Part shown: positions 12,071-25,295 of the stretch, piece after piece
How the letters are laid out: each line of letters begins with the position of its first letter
Position numbering within the stretch: the stretch's first letter is position 1
Source: Octopus sinensis
Taxonomy: Eukaryota
DNA length: 64,000 bases
Direction: 5' to 3'
NCBI RefSeq assembly: GCF_006345805.1
Contig: NC_043002.1
Coordinates: 20,212,001 to 20,276,000, forward strand
Notes under the pieces: generated by a model
The model's database searches: none
What the model saw: the letters and a program-made list of their open reading frames with translations, nothing else
What the model was told of the DNA's origin: nothing
Position numbers and translations under genes: made by a program

Positions 12071-12467
12071 TTTTTTACTTGTTTCAGTCATTTGACTGTG
12101 GCCATGCTGGAGCACCGCCTTTAGTCGAGCAAATTGACCCCAGGACTTATTCTTTGTAAGCCTAGTACTTATTCTATCAGTCTTTTTTGCTGAACCGCTA
12201 AGTTACAGGGATATAAACACACCAGCATCAGTTGTCAAGTGATGTTTGGGGGACAAACACAGACACACAAACACACACACACATATATATATATATATAC
12301 ATATATATACGACGGGCTTCTTTCAGTTTCCATCTACCAAATCCACTCACAAGGCTTTGGCCGGCCCAAGGCTATAGTAGAAGACACTTGCCCAAGGTGC
12401 CACACAGTGGGACTGAACTCGGAACCTTGTGGTTGGTAAGCAAGCTACTTACCACACAGCCACTCCT
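12071..12467 (-). mobile_element. SINE family A, full length
   Basis: Matches 784-1186. Confidence 0.9.
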
Positions 12468-13299
12468 ATGCATATATGTACATTTATATATTGAAACTCA
12501 CACACAGATATGTTCAAGTATGTATGTGTGCGTTTATGTCTTCGTGTCTTGATATCACAGGCTGGTTGTAAACAGGCATTGCCATCAAAGAATCAGTGTC
12601 ATTCATTTACAATATTCTGTGGAAACATGTCATATCAGAATATTGTTCATGTTTGGAGGACAAGGGAAAATGGAGAAATATTACTTTAACAGGAGACAGG
12701 TATGGGTCGGTTGGTGTTAGGAAGAACTGTCTTAATGAATTTCAGCTAACCTGTGCTATTATGGAAAGTGGACATTAAAACGATGTTGATGATTATGATG
12801 ATGAAGAGGAGAGAAAGGGGAGGAGGAGCAGTGGGAAGAGGAGCAGTGGAAAGAGGAGGCTTGATCCCAAGCAGCTAGAATCTAAATTCATATATACATG
12901 ACTATTTGTAACCCATACTGTATTGGTACTGTAGTAATTATAGCCAGACCATCAACCTTATATTATGAGGATGAATTGTGCCTGACAAGCATTTTGAGTA
13001 CATTTTAATAAGTAGTCTTTCACTACTTTATCTCCATATGTTGGTAGACAGAAACGAGTTCCGATAAGCTGTAAAGATAAATGAAAGTAGTTGGTTTGAT
13101 AATCATCTCAAGTTGCAGAAAAGGTTAAATGCTTTGAGATATGTCTCCATATATTTACATTAATCACTCACCATATTGTGGTTCACCAATCATGCCCTCA
13201 GTACATCACTGGCTAATATATGTAAATTTATATTGTAGACTTCTCAATATGTTGCAGGTTTCTGCAGCTGATAGAAATAATTAAAATTTCAAAAAATAT

Positions 13300-13620
13300 A
13301 AATACCTGTGGTAAAATAAGCATTTTCTCATCTAAAAATTAATAATTAAAAATGCAGTACAGTACTGCACTGTGAAACACATTATTTATAAATATGTAGT
13401 GTACCACAAATAAGTAAACAAAGACTCGCACATACTGTATGGAAAGCAAAACTTGGGAGGTATGTGTGTGGTGTTGCTTTGCATTTATAATAAAATAAAT
13501 ATATACAAGTTATAAAAATAATAAAAAATATATACAGTACAGTATTGTTTCAACTTTGTGGATTTTCACCTATTGCGGGGGGTTTTGGAATGTAACATCC
13601 ACGACAGTTGAGGGATTAGC
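13300..13620. mobile_element. Possible pogo/Tigger-like DNA transposon terminus
   Basis: End sequence TTCACCTATTGCGGGGGGTTTTGGAATGTAAC...GAGGGATTA resembles Tigger-type ends (recall); second TIR not found. Confidence 0.4.
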
Positions 13621-14289
13621 ACTTGGTAGTGAGTTAAATTGTACTGAGTAGCATCTTTTGCCATAGCCTTTAGTTAACTAATGTCAGAAAAGTGAAATTT
13701 GGAAGACAATCTATGTTGAAATCCATCTTGTCTGTATGTATGTATGCATGTATGTCTATACCTTTTGCTAATGTATATTAGCAAAGGTTATAAACGTAAG
13801 CAAAGCAATGAAGCTGAAAATTTAATGCATCTTGAAAATAAAAGTCTTCTGTTGGGATTTGTTTTTCACAGCATTACACAGAGATTTGTCACTCTTGCTA
13901 CAAGAAATAAAGTAAACCAATGGTTGGCCCATTGGAAACCTGTAACCTTTGACATTATTGTCTACAACTTGTGAGCAATATCATCCATCATCACTGTCTG
14001 CTTTCCCATGCTTGCATGGGTCGGCTGAGTTTCTTCTTACACAGTGGCTTGCTCCTTGTACTCCATTGGAGGATTCAACATTCTAAAGTTTTCTTCCTCT
14101 TCCACAAATACTCTTTATACTTGGATCTCCTGGCACTTCTTTATCCAACTGTTATCATCCATATGCATCACATGACCATACCAATGCAATGTTCTCTCTT
14201 GCATTCTACAACTAATTCCTCTTATGACCAGTTTTTCTCTCAACTCATCAGTACTTCGTTATTCATGCACACAGACATAACATACCCAT

Positions 14290-14810
14290 CTGGGTATAAT
14301 AATAATAATGAAATTATTGTATACTTGGTGAGTGATGCCAAAACACCCTCAGCCTTCTTGGCAATTTTAGCAAAGTGTTTTCTCCAACGGAAATTGCTGT
14401 CAACAATAATGCCCAGGTCACGTTCACAAGAAGACTTTTTGAGATTAGTTTTTGTGGAGGGAGTAAGTAGACGTTGGGTTTTTCCTCCCAAAATGCATGG
14501 TGGTACATTTGTCCACAGCCTGCTTGAGTTGCCAGTCCATGATGATGTATTTCACTCCAGCCTTTGCACTCAATATTCGATACCCACATCTCACTCTTAA
14601 TCAGGATCACACTTCATATACAAACATCACACAATCTACTCTTTGCTCAAAAGCAGAATCTCTTTCTTGTTAAAAGAGAATTAAGAGTTCTTTGAATTCT
14701 TTCCACTGTTTTGACTAAGGCTACATCTGTAATATAAACTCAAAGATACACATGCTTTAAACAGGTATCATTTCTTTTTCTTTATTTCTTACCCTATTTT
14801 GAGAAAGGGT
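14290..14810 (-). mobile_element. CR1/L2-clade LINE RT C-terminal fragment
   Basis: ORF track SSCERDLGIIVDSNFRWRKHFAKIAKKAEGVL (ExDLG.xD.xLxW thumb motif). Confidence 0.85.
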
Positions 14811-14899
14811 TCACCTGAAAGGTTAACATACATCTTAGCCTTTTCCTTTCTTTGATGTACAATTCATTGTGCACAACCTTTTACGTTAATTTTTTTTTG

Positions 14900-15240
14900 T
14901 TTTACATTTTGCTCAACCTTTTAAATTTTTACCTCCCTGTTGTAACCTCTCACATTGTCCAACTGTTTATCTCTTATTCCCTTCTTTTCATTTATGCTAC
15001 TTTACATTCCTACTTATAAACACATATGAATATGTGTGTGAGTGTGACTGCTAGCTACTAAAATTTCCTTTTTTTATTCTCTCTGTTTATTTTCTCATGT
15101 CCCTTTCTGTTGTTTGTAGGCTCGAAACGTAAAAGACTTTCTCACCTTCCCAAGCATTAAACTAATACACCTATTTGTTGTTTACACACCTGTCTTCGTC
15201 TTTTGTAAATTCCAACTATATATACATACATAAATACATA
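14900..15240 (+). mobile_element. Probable Penelope-like terminal-repeat fragment with decayed hammerhead core
   Basis: CTTT-CTGTTG...GCTC-GAAAC-GTA-AAAG at 15103-15135. Confidence 0.4.
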
Positions 15241-16084
15241 CACACACACACTCATATACTTTTGCAACTGTGATGGCTGTCCCAGAGGTTATGATAGAAG
15301 TCATTTGTCTACTATGTCACAGACTAGGATTGAACCTGAAAACATGTAAACGTCTTAAATGCACGACTATCCTGATTCAATGTGTGCAACAAAGTAAAGA
15401 AAAAAAGAATAAATTTGTTTACATGCTCATTCAGTTGCAATACTGTTACATGGCTGATTAAACATAGTATCCACAGAAACCAAATTCATTTCAATGCTTA
15501 CATTATAGAGAATATGGTAAGCTGACAGAAACATTAGAACATTGGATAAAATACTCAGCAGCATTTTCTCCAATTCTTTGCATTTCAAGTTCAAATCCCA
15601 CCAAGGTCAACTTTTATCTTTCATCTGTTCAGGGTTAAAATAAAGTACGAGTAAAGAACTGGGGCTGATTTAATTGACTAGCTTGGGTCTCCTCAAAATT
15701 GCCAGCCTTAAGCCCTGCAACAAACTAGGATTCTCTTCAAGGGGAATGTTGTGATCTCAGTCACCTGTTCACCATGGAAACCAGATAACTGACCTTATCG
15801 ACCCTAGAATTCAAGACAAAAATAAAGAAATTAAAAGGACAGATGTTTTACAAGATTGCAACTCAGAGAATATTCCAGCAGGTCTACTAACTTTTAAAAA
15901 CTCTCATCTCCTGTCACAAAATTGCTCTTTGTCAATTTGATATAACTTTCATAGTCATTTCCTTCACATGTCATGTATTGATTTTCATATGGATGATAAA
16001 CTTTTTTAAAATATTTTTTGTGACCCATCATTTTGATAGCAAATCTAGAAAAAAATGCAAAATGTATGGAAATAGAAATAATTC

Positions 16085-16560
16085 AAAAAGGGTACCATGA
16101 ACTTGATGCGAAGAGCACACTTCTTGAATATTTGATGATTCTTTTATTTCATCTAGCATTCTTAAACTTCTTCATTGTAGTTTCTTTAAGTTGAAAATCA
16201 AACTTCCCTAGTGCAGGTAGTAGAAAACGGCAGAAGAATTTTCTGGACTTTCACAGCCATATTGAGATGCTTCTGTAAAACTTCTCAATTCTAACAAAAA
16301 GCTTGTTGTGGGTTAATTCTGATCCAATCATTTTCTTGCATTTGGATATTTAGGAAGTGACCATATACTTTTTCTTTTAGAAATGTTAAATGACCAAAGA
16401 ACTAATATTGCATTTTATGTTGCACTCTGTGGTTTGAAGAAACATTTGAAAATTTACTGCTTTTGCTTTTCTTTTCAAGCCCATTATTTTGTTCCTCATT
16501 GCCCAAAGCTTAACAAGTAATATCAAGATATTTTCTTCCTTCCTTTGCATGCAGACATTT
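16085..16560 (-). mobile_element. Decayed hAT (Charlie/Buster-type) transposase C-terminal dimerisation region
   Basis: Minus-strand DWIRINP...KILLPFSTTCTREV*FST...SSHQVHG resembles the hAT LLPFxTTYLCExxFS...QxHxSH end; many stops and frameshifts. Confidence 0.6.
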
Positions 16561-18755
16561 ATTTTATTTTAATGTTCCTAGATGTCAGAGGTGCACCAAT
16601 TTTGTGTGCCAAAACTTGCTTGAATTAAATAACAAAATTCAGTTTGCTGATTTTCTCTGAAAAGTTATTTTTCTCAATTTGTACATGACGAAACAAACCA
16701 CCTTAGATCTTATGAGGTTTTGAAACTTTGTCTCTTCAAAACTATGAGCAAATGACCTTGATATAAATTGTCTAATGTAACTATTGGTTTCAAATCTCGG
16801 TACAAGGATAGCTTTTTTGGAGGTGGGGGCAAGTGGATTACATCAACCTTGGTGCTCAGTTGGCACATATTTTCTCAACCCCAAAAGGAAAAAGTCAACC
16901 TTAGCAGAATTTGAACTCAGAATGCAAAGACAGAGGAAATGCTAAGCATTTTGTCTGGTGTACTAACAATTGTGCCAGCTAACTGCCTTAATAATAAGTA
17001 CACAAACACACACATACACGCACATATATATATGTGTGTATGAATACATATAACAGACATCACTTTGTTAAACTAAATTTTATTCACGTTATTGTTTCAA
17101 TGCACAAAATGACGTTCTTAAATAATTTCTTACATTAACACAAGGTTACAAGTTACAAAGGAGGGATAAAGTCAAATGAAACAACTCCCAATATAATTTT
17201 CGTAGCAATTTTATTGACCCTAAAGGCAAAGCTAGCCTCAGAAATATTTCAAGTCAGAATATAAAGATCATTTTTTTTTTCCTGAGATTCACTGATTTTA
17301 CCAAGTGCTGCATTCTGGTTCCCTGTAACTCTTTAAATATTTAGTAATAATCCACAATATAAAGGAGGAGATATGAAAATTTTGGTCCATCTTGGTGAAA
17401 TTATTAATCTGTGGCAAAGACATGATCCGATGTGTTATACTGGTTAAGGACACACACTTTTTGTTAGTTTACAATGCTACTGTCGGTTTCATGCAAAAAC
17501 ATGGCAATTATCAAGGGTCCTACTTAAAAATGTAGTTAGTCCGTCTTCATTTTGGGTAAGGCATTGCAAAATTTTCACATGAAATCAATGGTAGTATTGT
17601 AAATACAGAAACAAGGAATATATTAATCTCAAATATAATGTTGCTCACTCATCCTTACTCTTCATCACCATTGTGTGTATATGATCACCTTTAAACCAAA
17701 TATAATCATTACATTCAACAAAGTCAGAACAACTTTACATTTTGAGAGGGAGAGAAATTGGAAGTTGTGAAATCCATTGCTTTCTAAAGGAGTCAAATAG
17801 TTGAAAATGAGAAAGACAAATTAAATTATTGTCCTGTTTTTCAAGGGAGCTTACAAATTGGTCAACAGTAAAACACACAAATAAATATAATAGACATTCA
17901 TATATACGCACGTGTATATACATACACACACAATTATATATATATATAATATATATATATATACATATATATATACACATACACACACAATATTAAAAAA
18001 ACAAACACACATCCTCATCATGTTATGAACCCAACTTATGTTATAAAACTGGAGGGAATAAAAATCAAAAAATTCAATAAAAACCTTTAGAAAAAGGCAT
18101 CTTCGCACCTCACTTGCAACAAGTTCAACATTTTCAATATGAAAAATTTAGACAGCAGAAGTATTTGGGGGTACCATCTTACAGTAGACTGTCTTTCTTT
18201 CTTATACTGGATAGCAACCCTCAATTTTTTTTCTTATTTAACCACACCCATCTTTGCATTTTTAACAACAGTTTATAATCATCCTTAATACTTTTTTTTT
18301 TATATAGTAAACCATTCAGAAATTCCGTTTTTCTTTTTATTACCACGCCCAAATTTTATATTTACATATTTTGGACCACGCCCATATTTTCTATTTTCAA
18401 ACATTGGACCGCACCCATAATTTATATTGGACCACAATTGAATTTTATATTTTCTAAGAGCCATAAACATTTTCCCACATCTAACGATGAACCATGCCTA
18501 TCCTATGTGTTCTAACTGTAGACCAGACCTATTATATCCATTCTTATAGTGGACCACACCCATTATTATTCCTATTTTACATTTGAAAAAATATTTCATC
18601 CCCTAATATAAAGGTGATATAAACAATGTTTACTAGTGAAACAGATTCGATTGCATGAACAATATTGTATACGAGTACATTAATGCAATAATTCTCATAG
18701 AAGGATGAGTGAAAGAGGATAGATTAATTGCCATAACAAAATTAAGATGCTTTAA

Positions 18756-18976
18756 CCCTTTCGTTACCAACCCGGCTGAAACCAGCCCTAGCTCTGAGTA
18801 CAAATGTCTTTTTTTTCTCAAGTTTTGAATTAAAATCTACCACCAAACCTCAGTCACAATTTATGTTCCTAACACTAGCTGAATGATAACTAAGTTATTT
18901 GATTAAATTCTTTGTTATATTTAAAGTAATTGATAGCAACACAGAGCATCTCAAAATAAATACAGTAACGAAAGGC
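18756..18976. mobile_element. piggyBac-type MITE family P1 (221 bp)
   Basis: TTAA|CCCTTTCGTTAC...GTAACGAAAGGC|TTAA; reverse-orientation match to 35359-35573. Confidence 0.85.
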
Positions 18977-21358
18977 TTAAACCTTTCACATTAGCCCAAC
19001 GAGGTGAAAGAAGTGTTATATGGAATTCAACTATTTTGCTTTCTCATAACTAAAAAGTAAAGGGAAGCAAAAAAACAAACAAAAAAACCTCAAATTTTTT
19101 TAGTTGGGGTGGAATTTGTTGAGAACTACTTATAATTGCACAAGTATATATGGACATGTGTACCTGTACAATGTGTGCATGTGCGTGTGTGTATATGTAT
19201 GTATTGTAGTATATTGTATGCAAACTAGTTTGCAACTAAGTACTTCTATAAAGCACAGGACATGTTTTACATCTGTACATAGAACTTAGTAGGAGGTGGT
19301 GTAACTTTGTTTCTGTGAGATCCTTTAATTCCTTTAGATAAGATATTTCAGTTTATTCATTTTGAAATATTTTATAAATTACCTACAGATTACAGTCAGG
19401 TACTTAATTGTGTATATCCTTTCATATATGGTGAATTGTGAATCTGCTTTAATTTGGTCTTGTGTTTTTTACCAATTTCTTAAAGGAAATTTTCAAAAGC
19501 ACCTGCCATTTGCTGGAAATATTATATCTGACATTTAAATTGTTTTCTTGTTGGAGATTTATTTAAGATGAACTCCCCCCCCCCTCCCCAAATTACATAA
19601 GCTGCAGTTTCATGGCATTTTAATGTACAGCTTGATCATTCAACAATCATTCCTTTGGATGTCCAATGTAATTCCACTGTCTTTTCATTTCCAAATACAG
19701 TTGGATAGTTTTCCTGGCATTCTTCTTCAGAAGGAAGAAGTTTGTTTGAAAATAGCAATAAATGAATCTGTCATTCACCATGCATAAAGACTTTTGTGGA
19801 GATGTCCTTTATGAAATAATTGGCTTGGCTTTGTGGCAGAAACCAAGAAAATGAAGCTTTGCAGTTCCTTGTAAATGTATTTTTATGTTTAATGTCCAAC
19901 ATAATTTCAATTTTGTTACTATCAAACAATTTTCTATAATAGCAGTTGAGAAATGTTGACTCTCAAACCTTTAGGCATTTTAAATGATGTGTAATGAAAA
20001 AGGAAGGAAGGTTAACTAAATGATTTTTCAGTATCTTTTCTTGTTAGTAGATGGCAGAAACATAGAGACTAATAGATTTACAACATGTCCGATTAATGCT
20101 TGTATGTTATATTAACAGATAACTATATTGAACATATCTTTATCTGACAATGTTAGAAACTTCTGTTAATGTTTTTGACAAAGCTTTTGAGAACTACATG
20201 CAAGTGGTTGGAATTTTTGTTACTGTATATGAATTCTTCATTCCTTTTCTTATAATATAGTTTGTGCTTATCATGGATTCTCATGTGTATATCCAGTAAA
20301 TGGAGTAACCCCATGGTACGATGATATATGGTAGCCAGTAACTGTAAAAGGGCTTTGAAATGCACGTGAGGTTGTTGCCCAGATGATATATGTAAACGGT
20401 TTATACTACTTGTGTTTTGCATACATCAAAGTTACTGATTCATTCTTTACTACAGGAACTACAATTAGTTACACATTACATCTTCAGGTAAAATAACATA
20501 CCATATTACGCCAACATTGTTAAGTAATTTTTCATATAGTTGGATGAGAATGTTTCGTGCTTACTTTGATTGAAAACTGAGAACATATTTAGAATATGTT
20601 TAGGCCATATCCATTATCTGATGTGATTTTGATAGATCATGTATATACTTCGATCACAATAAATTTTGTTTTGTTTGTGTTATCTTTGTTGCAGTTTTTC
20701 ATAAATGTGTGTGTGTGTACCTGAATGCATGTATGTTGTGAGTATGAATGTATGAGTGTGTGTATACATGTCTGAATGTGTATCGTATATCTATCTATAT
20801 ATATATATGTATGTATTATATCTTAACATTATTCCTGATAAACACCTTAAATACACCTTGAAAAATTTTCAGGTAAAGAAGCACCAGAATTTAAAATAAA
20901 AAAAAAACAAACCAAAAGCCTAAACACCAAAACATGTTACCCTCAACATCAAAAATACTTTAAAAATCAAAGGAGACCAAATATCAGAATCCTCCCCTAC
21001 CCTCCACCCTACGTGCTTTCATTAGAAATTCAACTTCTCAGTAACATGTCTGGATATCACAATATTTTGCCTTTTATTTGCTCATTTGGGAAAAGTTCAT
21101 ACTCACACTCTGGGATGGAGTTCATCATTGTTTTTTTCTTTCTGTGAATATTAGCATGTGACTTAGTGCAAAGACAAGAGTAATATCGAATGACCAGGGA
21201 ACTTGGAAGACAAGAGCAAAGGTTGCCAAGCATTATTAGTCTTATAAAAAGGGGTGTGTGTGTGTATACATACATTCACTCATACACTCACACTTGTACA
21301 TGCATACACGCACACACACATGTAGAAATGCACATGTAGAAATGCACTTGTAGAAATG

Positions 21359-21412
<54 letters not shown>

Positions 21413-21599
21413 GTACAAATTTGTCAACTGAATTGATCTGAGATCCGGTTTTGAAACAAACAATTATATTGTGATGGAGTCATCACAGACACTTAAAGCA
21501 GACATATAACATTAGAGTCACATTTGCTTTGTGGTTAGACTTTAACGAGAGGGAACAAAAGTAATTAATGGTACATTTGCATGTTAAATAGCATTCATG

Positions 21600-21744
21600 A
21601 CTGTTTTGATTTTATATACATTCATACGTATACAAGTAATATACATATAATGTATATATATACACACACACATGTATATGTATACACACATATGCACACA
21701 TATACACACACGCATATATGCACGCCCACAAATATACACACACA

Positions 21745-21836
<92 letters not shown>

Positions 21837-21845
21837 TACACACAC
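21600..21845. repeat. Compound (TA)n/(CA)n microsatellite with a long pure TA run
   Basis: Directly visible; source of the IYIYIY pseudo-ORFs. Confidence 0.95.
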
Positions 21846-22262
21846 GAACAAATATTAAATCGTACAAACTTGTAAATAATAATTAAAGACCAAAAAAAAA
21901 AAAAAGAAATAACAATGCTATCTTTTGATGGTAATTGAATCACACAATGTCCAGTGACTGGACAAATGTGTCATACAGGGACATTGCCGAAAATTGGTCA
22001 TGCCTGGGCTTTATTAGCGCCAAGGAGTTTGTCCTTGTTTCTGTTTTCTGTTTTATTCTTGAATTATCATTTGCATAAGCATGTCATTCCATTACACACA
22101 TACATGTGTAGAAGAAGGTATATAATGATTCAACTGATAAGGGAATAACATCTGCTTAATAACAAGCTTGAGCAAAGATTATGGATTTTTTCTTCTTTGT
22201 TTCCATTAGTATTCTTTCTTCTGAAAGCAATCATCTTTAAAATCTGCCAGGATGTCAGAATG

Positions 22263-22353
22263 CTATAATGTAGAATGTCTGCAACTGATGCATCTCGGTT
22301 TCTGAACTTTTCGTTCACATTTCTTAGTAATGTTGGACGGTACAATAGTACAA
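22263..22353 (-). CDS. TTLL5: Candidate terminal coding exon of TTLL5: (S)CTIVPSNITKKCERKVQKPRCISCRHSTL*
   Basis: attccag acceptor in the required phase 2, TAG at 22263-65, followed by a long SINE-poor tract; no homology support. Confidence 0.4.
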
Positions 22354-22799
22354 CTGGAATATACAAGTGTATACATTAATATATATATATGGTACGATAT
22401 ATCTGTGTGTACATTGATACAAAACTAGAAGAAAACATACTCAATATAGGAAAGATGGATAAGGAATCTTTTCGTGGGATTTAATTCAGTGGTCTAGTAC
22501 CACTGATTTTATGCTGACTGAATTATCTGGTAATTAATTCAATGAAGTAGCACAAATGACCTTCTGCTGTGATAGGTGAGAATCTTGGTTATGATGTCAG
22601 AATGTGATTTGTGCAGATTAACTGAATGAACACTGGTTAATTCAGCCTGTATGAATACATTGGTACCAGGTTATTAAATTCCATTTAAGTATGTGTGTCT
22701 GTATACATACACTCACATATTTATATAGGTGTAAAGAAATGCCTAAGAAAGCTATTGAAAAATCACCTGGCAAGACAAGGTCCCAGACACAGAGGTCTT

Positions 22800-23260
22800 T
22801 TCTTGATCTGATCTGCCAAATATTTACGCTCTGCAGAAGAGAGTACAAGCCAGGTGGGCAGGTCACCTTGTTCAAATGTCTGACACACAACTCCCCAAGA
22901 GATTGTTTTACAGTAAATTGGCAGAAGAAAAGTGCATGAAAGGTGGACAGGAAAAGCACTTCAAGGACACTAAAGCCTCACTGAAGAACTTTGAGATTAA
23001 CTCTAACACCTGGGAAATGAAAGTGCAAGATGGCCCTGCCTAGCAAAGCTGCAGCTACTGAGGTGCCACCTCCTATGAACAGAATGGGATTGCAGGGGCA
23101 CAAAGAAAACATGAACTGCACCAGGCCATAGTCAACTCCTTGCCTTCAGTCCCAGCAGACCACAAGTGCAAAACCTGCAAAGCACACAGACTAATCAGCC
23201 AGGCACACCATGCCTCATCATCTTCTCCCATCTGATGTCCTTGGTCACTGTCAACAATGA
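22800..23260 (+). mobile_element. RTE (BovB-like) LINE C-terminal fragment
   Basis: QARWAGHLVQMSDTQLPKRLFYSKL...GGQEKHFKD...NTWE by manual translation. Confidence 0.85.
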
Positions 23261-23463
23261 CAAACTAATAATATTTATATTTGTATATATTTAAATGTGT
23301 GTGTGTGTCCCTTAATATTTTATATTCAATATTTCATCTATTCAATAAGACAATCAATATGTCATTTCATTTTACTATATATACTATATATTCTATATTC
23401 TACATTAATATTATAAAGAATATAAATAAAACATAAAAAACAGACAGAGTTGGAATTCCTTTG

Positions 23464-23508
<45 letters not shown>

Positions 23509-23743
23509 TATATATTTATGTAGATGTAATGGACATTACATTGATGTTACTGGTCTATTAATTCACAGGAAGTGTTTACGTTTTTAATGCTGTTGACACT
23601 GCTGGATTGAATGGGACTGCTCAGGTGTCGAAACCATAGTGATATCCGTTAAACAGCTAATGATGGGAATGTATGTTTGATATGCCTGTTGTCTAAATAA
23701 TAATGAACTTATTGTATACAGTGCTGAGGTGCATTACAACTCA

Positions 23744-24330
23744 TCAGAAAAAGTAACCAAAACTGCATGTACAGTACATAGAATATGCACAGGAAATGAA
23801 CAGTGAAAGTCTTAAGAAAAAAAAAAGAAAAGAAATGGAGGTGGAAGCATCAGGTGTACAGTTGTCGAATTTCAGGAAGCATGGAAGTTTTGAAGGATGT
23901 AATGTCTTAACAGCTAAGAACTGATACAAGTAATTTATTCCATGCTTCAGCAATTCTGAGCATGAAAAATGTTTCCAAAAGTCATGTGCACTGTGTTGCT
24001 TTTTGATTTTGTAAGCATGTCCACAAGTGTTAGACAAATGGAATTCAAAAAGGTACCCAAGGTTGGGTGTCTACCAAGTCAGTTGCCAAATGTTAGAGGT
24101 TTGTGTTTATGCCTAGAGAAGCAAGACATTCAGAGTATGGTAGATGCCTGACGGTAAGTATTCATCTGGTTGCACATTTCTGAGCAGTTTCCAGGTGACT
24201 GTTGTACTGAGCAAGATAAGGGCTCCAGATTGGTGATGCAAACAAAGTGTGGATGTACCCTAGTCATATACAGCTTTAAATGGATAGCTGGAGAGCAACT
24301 GAAAAGTCTTACTGAGTGATACTAAGAATC
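23744..24330 (-). mobile_element. CR1 LINE 3' fragment
   Basis: SNTCGHAYKIKK...DFWKHF.. (TRGHxYKL / RKxFFS motif); related to 63440-63880. Confidence 0.85.
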
Positions 24331-24672
24331 TTTTATATCTAATTATTCTTCATTCTTTTAAGGTTGAAGTTGTTAAAGAGTTTCTGGTTTATGGTGATTT
24401 GTTGTTTCTTTGATTACATATATTGATATTGCATAACTGTTTTCATTGGTAATTTTATGCTAGGATAATAATTAAGGTTTCTAGTTTTATGTATGTAAGT
24501 ATTTATATGTATGTATTAATGCATATATAAATGTATATATGTGTGTGTATATATATATATATATATATACGCACACACACATATATATACATACATACAT
24601 ATATACACACATACATATAAAATATTAAAAGGATTTATGTAAATAGGTCTGCATGTTTTAATTAAAAGTTAG

Positions 24673-24716
<44 letters not shown>

Positions 24717-24723
24717 TATCGTC

Positions 24724-25037
24724 ATTATCATCACCCTCATCATCGTTTAATGTCCGCTTTCCATGTTAGCATGGGTTGGATGATTTGACTGAGGTCTGGC
24801 AAACCAGATGGCTGCACCAGGCTCCAATCTTGATCTGGCAGAGTTTCTACAGCTGGATGCCCTTTCTAATGCCAACCACTCTGAGAGTGTAGTGGGTGCT
24901 TTTCCGTGCCACCGGCATGAGGGCCAGTCAGGCGGTACTGGCAACAGCCACGTTCAAATGGTGTTTTTTTATATGCCACCTGCACAGGAGCCAGTCCAGA
25001 GGGACTGGCAACGACCTCACTTGAATGTTTTTTCACG

Positions 25038-25040
<3 letters not shown>
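24724..25040 (-). mobile_element. SINE family C with internal repeats
   Basis: CATCGTTTAATGTCCGCTTTCCATG tail, GGATGCCCTT core. Confidence 0.85.
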
Positions 25041-25072
<32 letters not shown>

Positions 25073-25077
<5 letters not shown>

Positions 25078-25295
25078 CTTTACTACCCACAAGGGGCTAA
25101 ACATAGAGGGGACAAGCAAAGGGATTAAGTCGATTATATCGACCCCAGTGCGTAACTGGTACTTAATTTATTGACCCCGAAAGGATGAAAGGCAAAGTCG
25201 ACCTCGGCGGAATTTGAACCCAGAACACTCGACAGCAGACGGAATACGGCTACACATATCGCCCTGCGTGCTAACGATTCTGCCAGCTCGCCGCC
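25073..25295 (-). mobile_element. SINE family B, full length, CpG-rich (young)
   Basis: Reverse complement of GGCGGCGAGCTGGCAGAATCGTTAGC...GGGTTCAAATTCCGCCGAGG...AAAGAAATA. Confidence 0.9.

Noticed and set aside
19640-19930. Minus-strand stretch with about 95 codons and a single stop
   Set aside because: No recognisable motif or splice sites; compatible with chance.
20640-20700. Plus-strand AATAAA with a downstream GT-rich tract suggesting a convergent gene's 3' end
   Set aside because: I found no plus-strand exons upstream in 1-20600; such hexamers are common in AT-rich DNA.
21581-21943. Overlapping ORFs rich in IY/HT/CV (also at 4158, 29337-29885, 42675-43138, 46820-47540)
   Set aside because: Translations of dinucleotide microsatellites, which lack stops in several frames; no splice or homology support.
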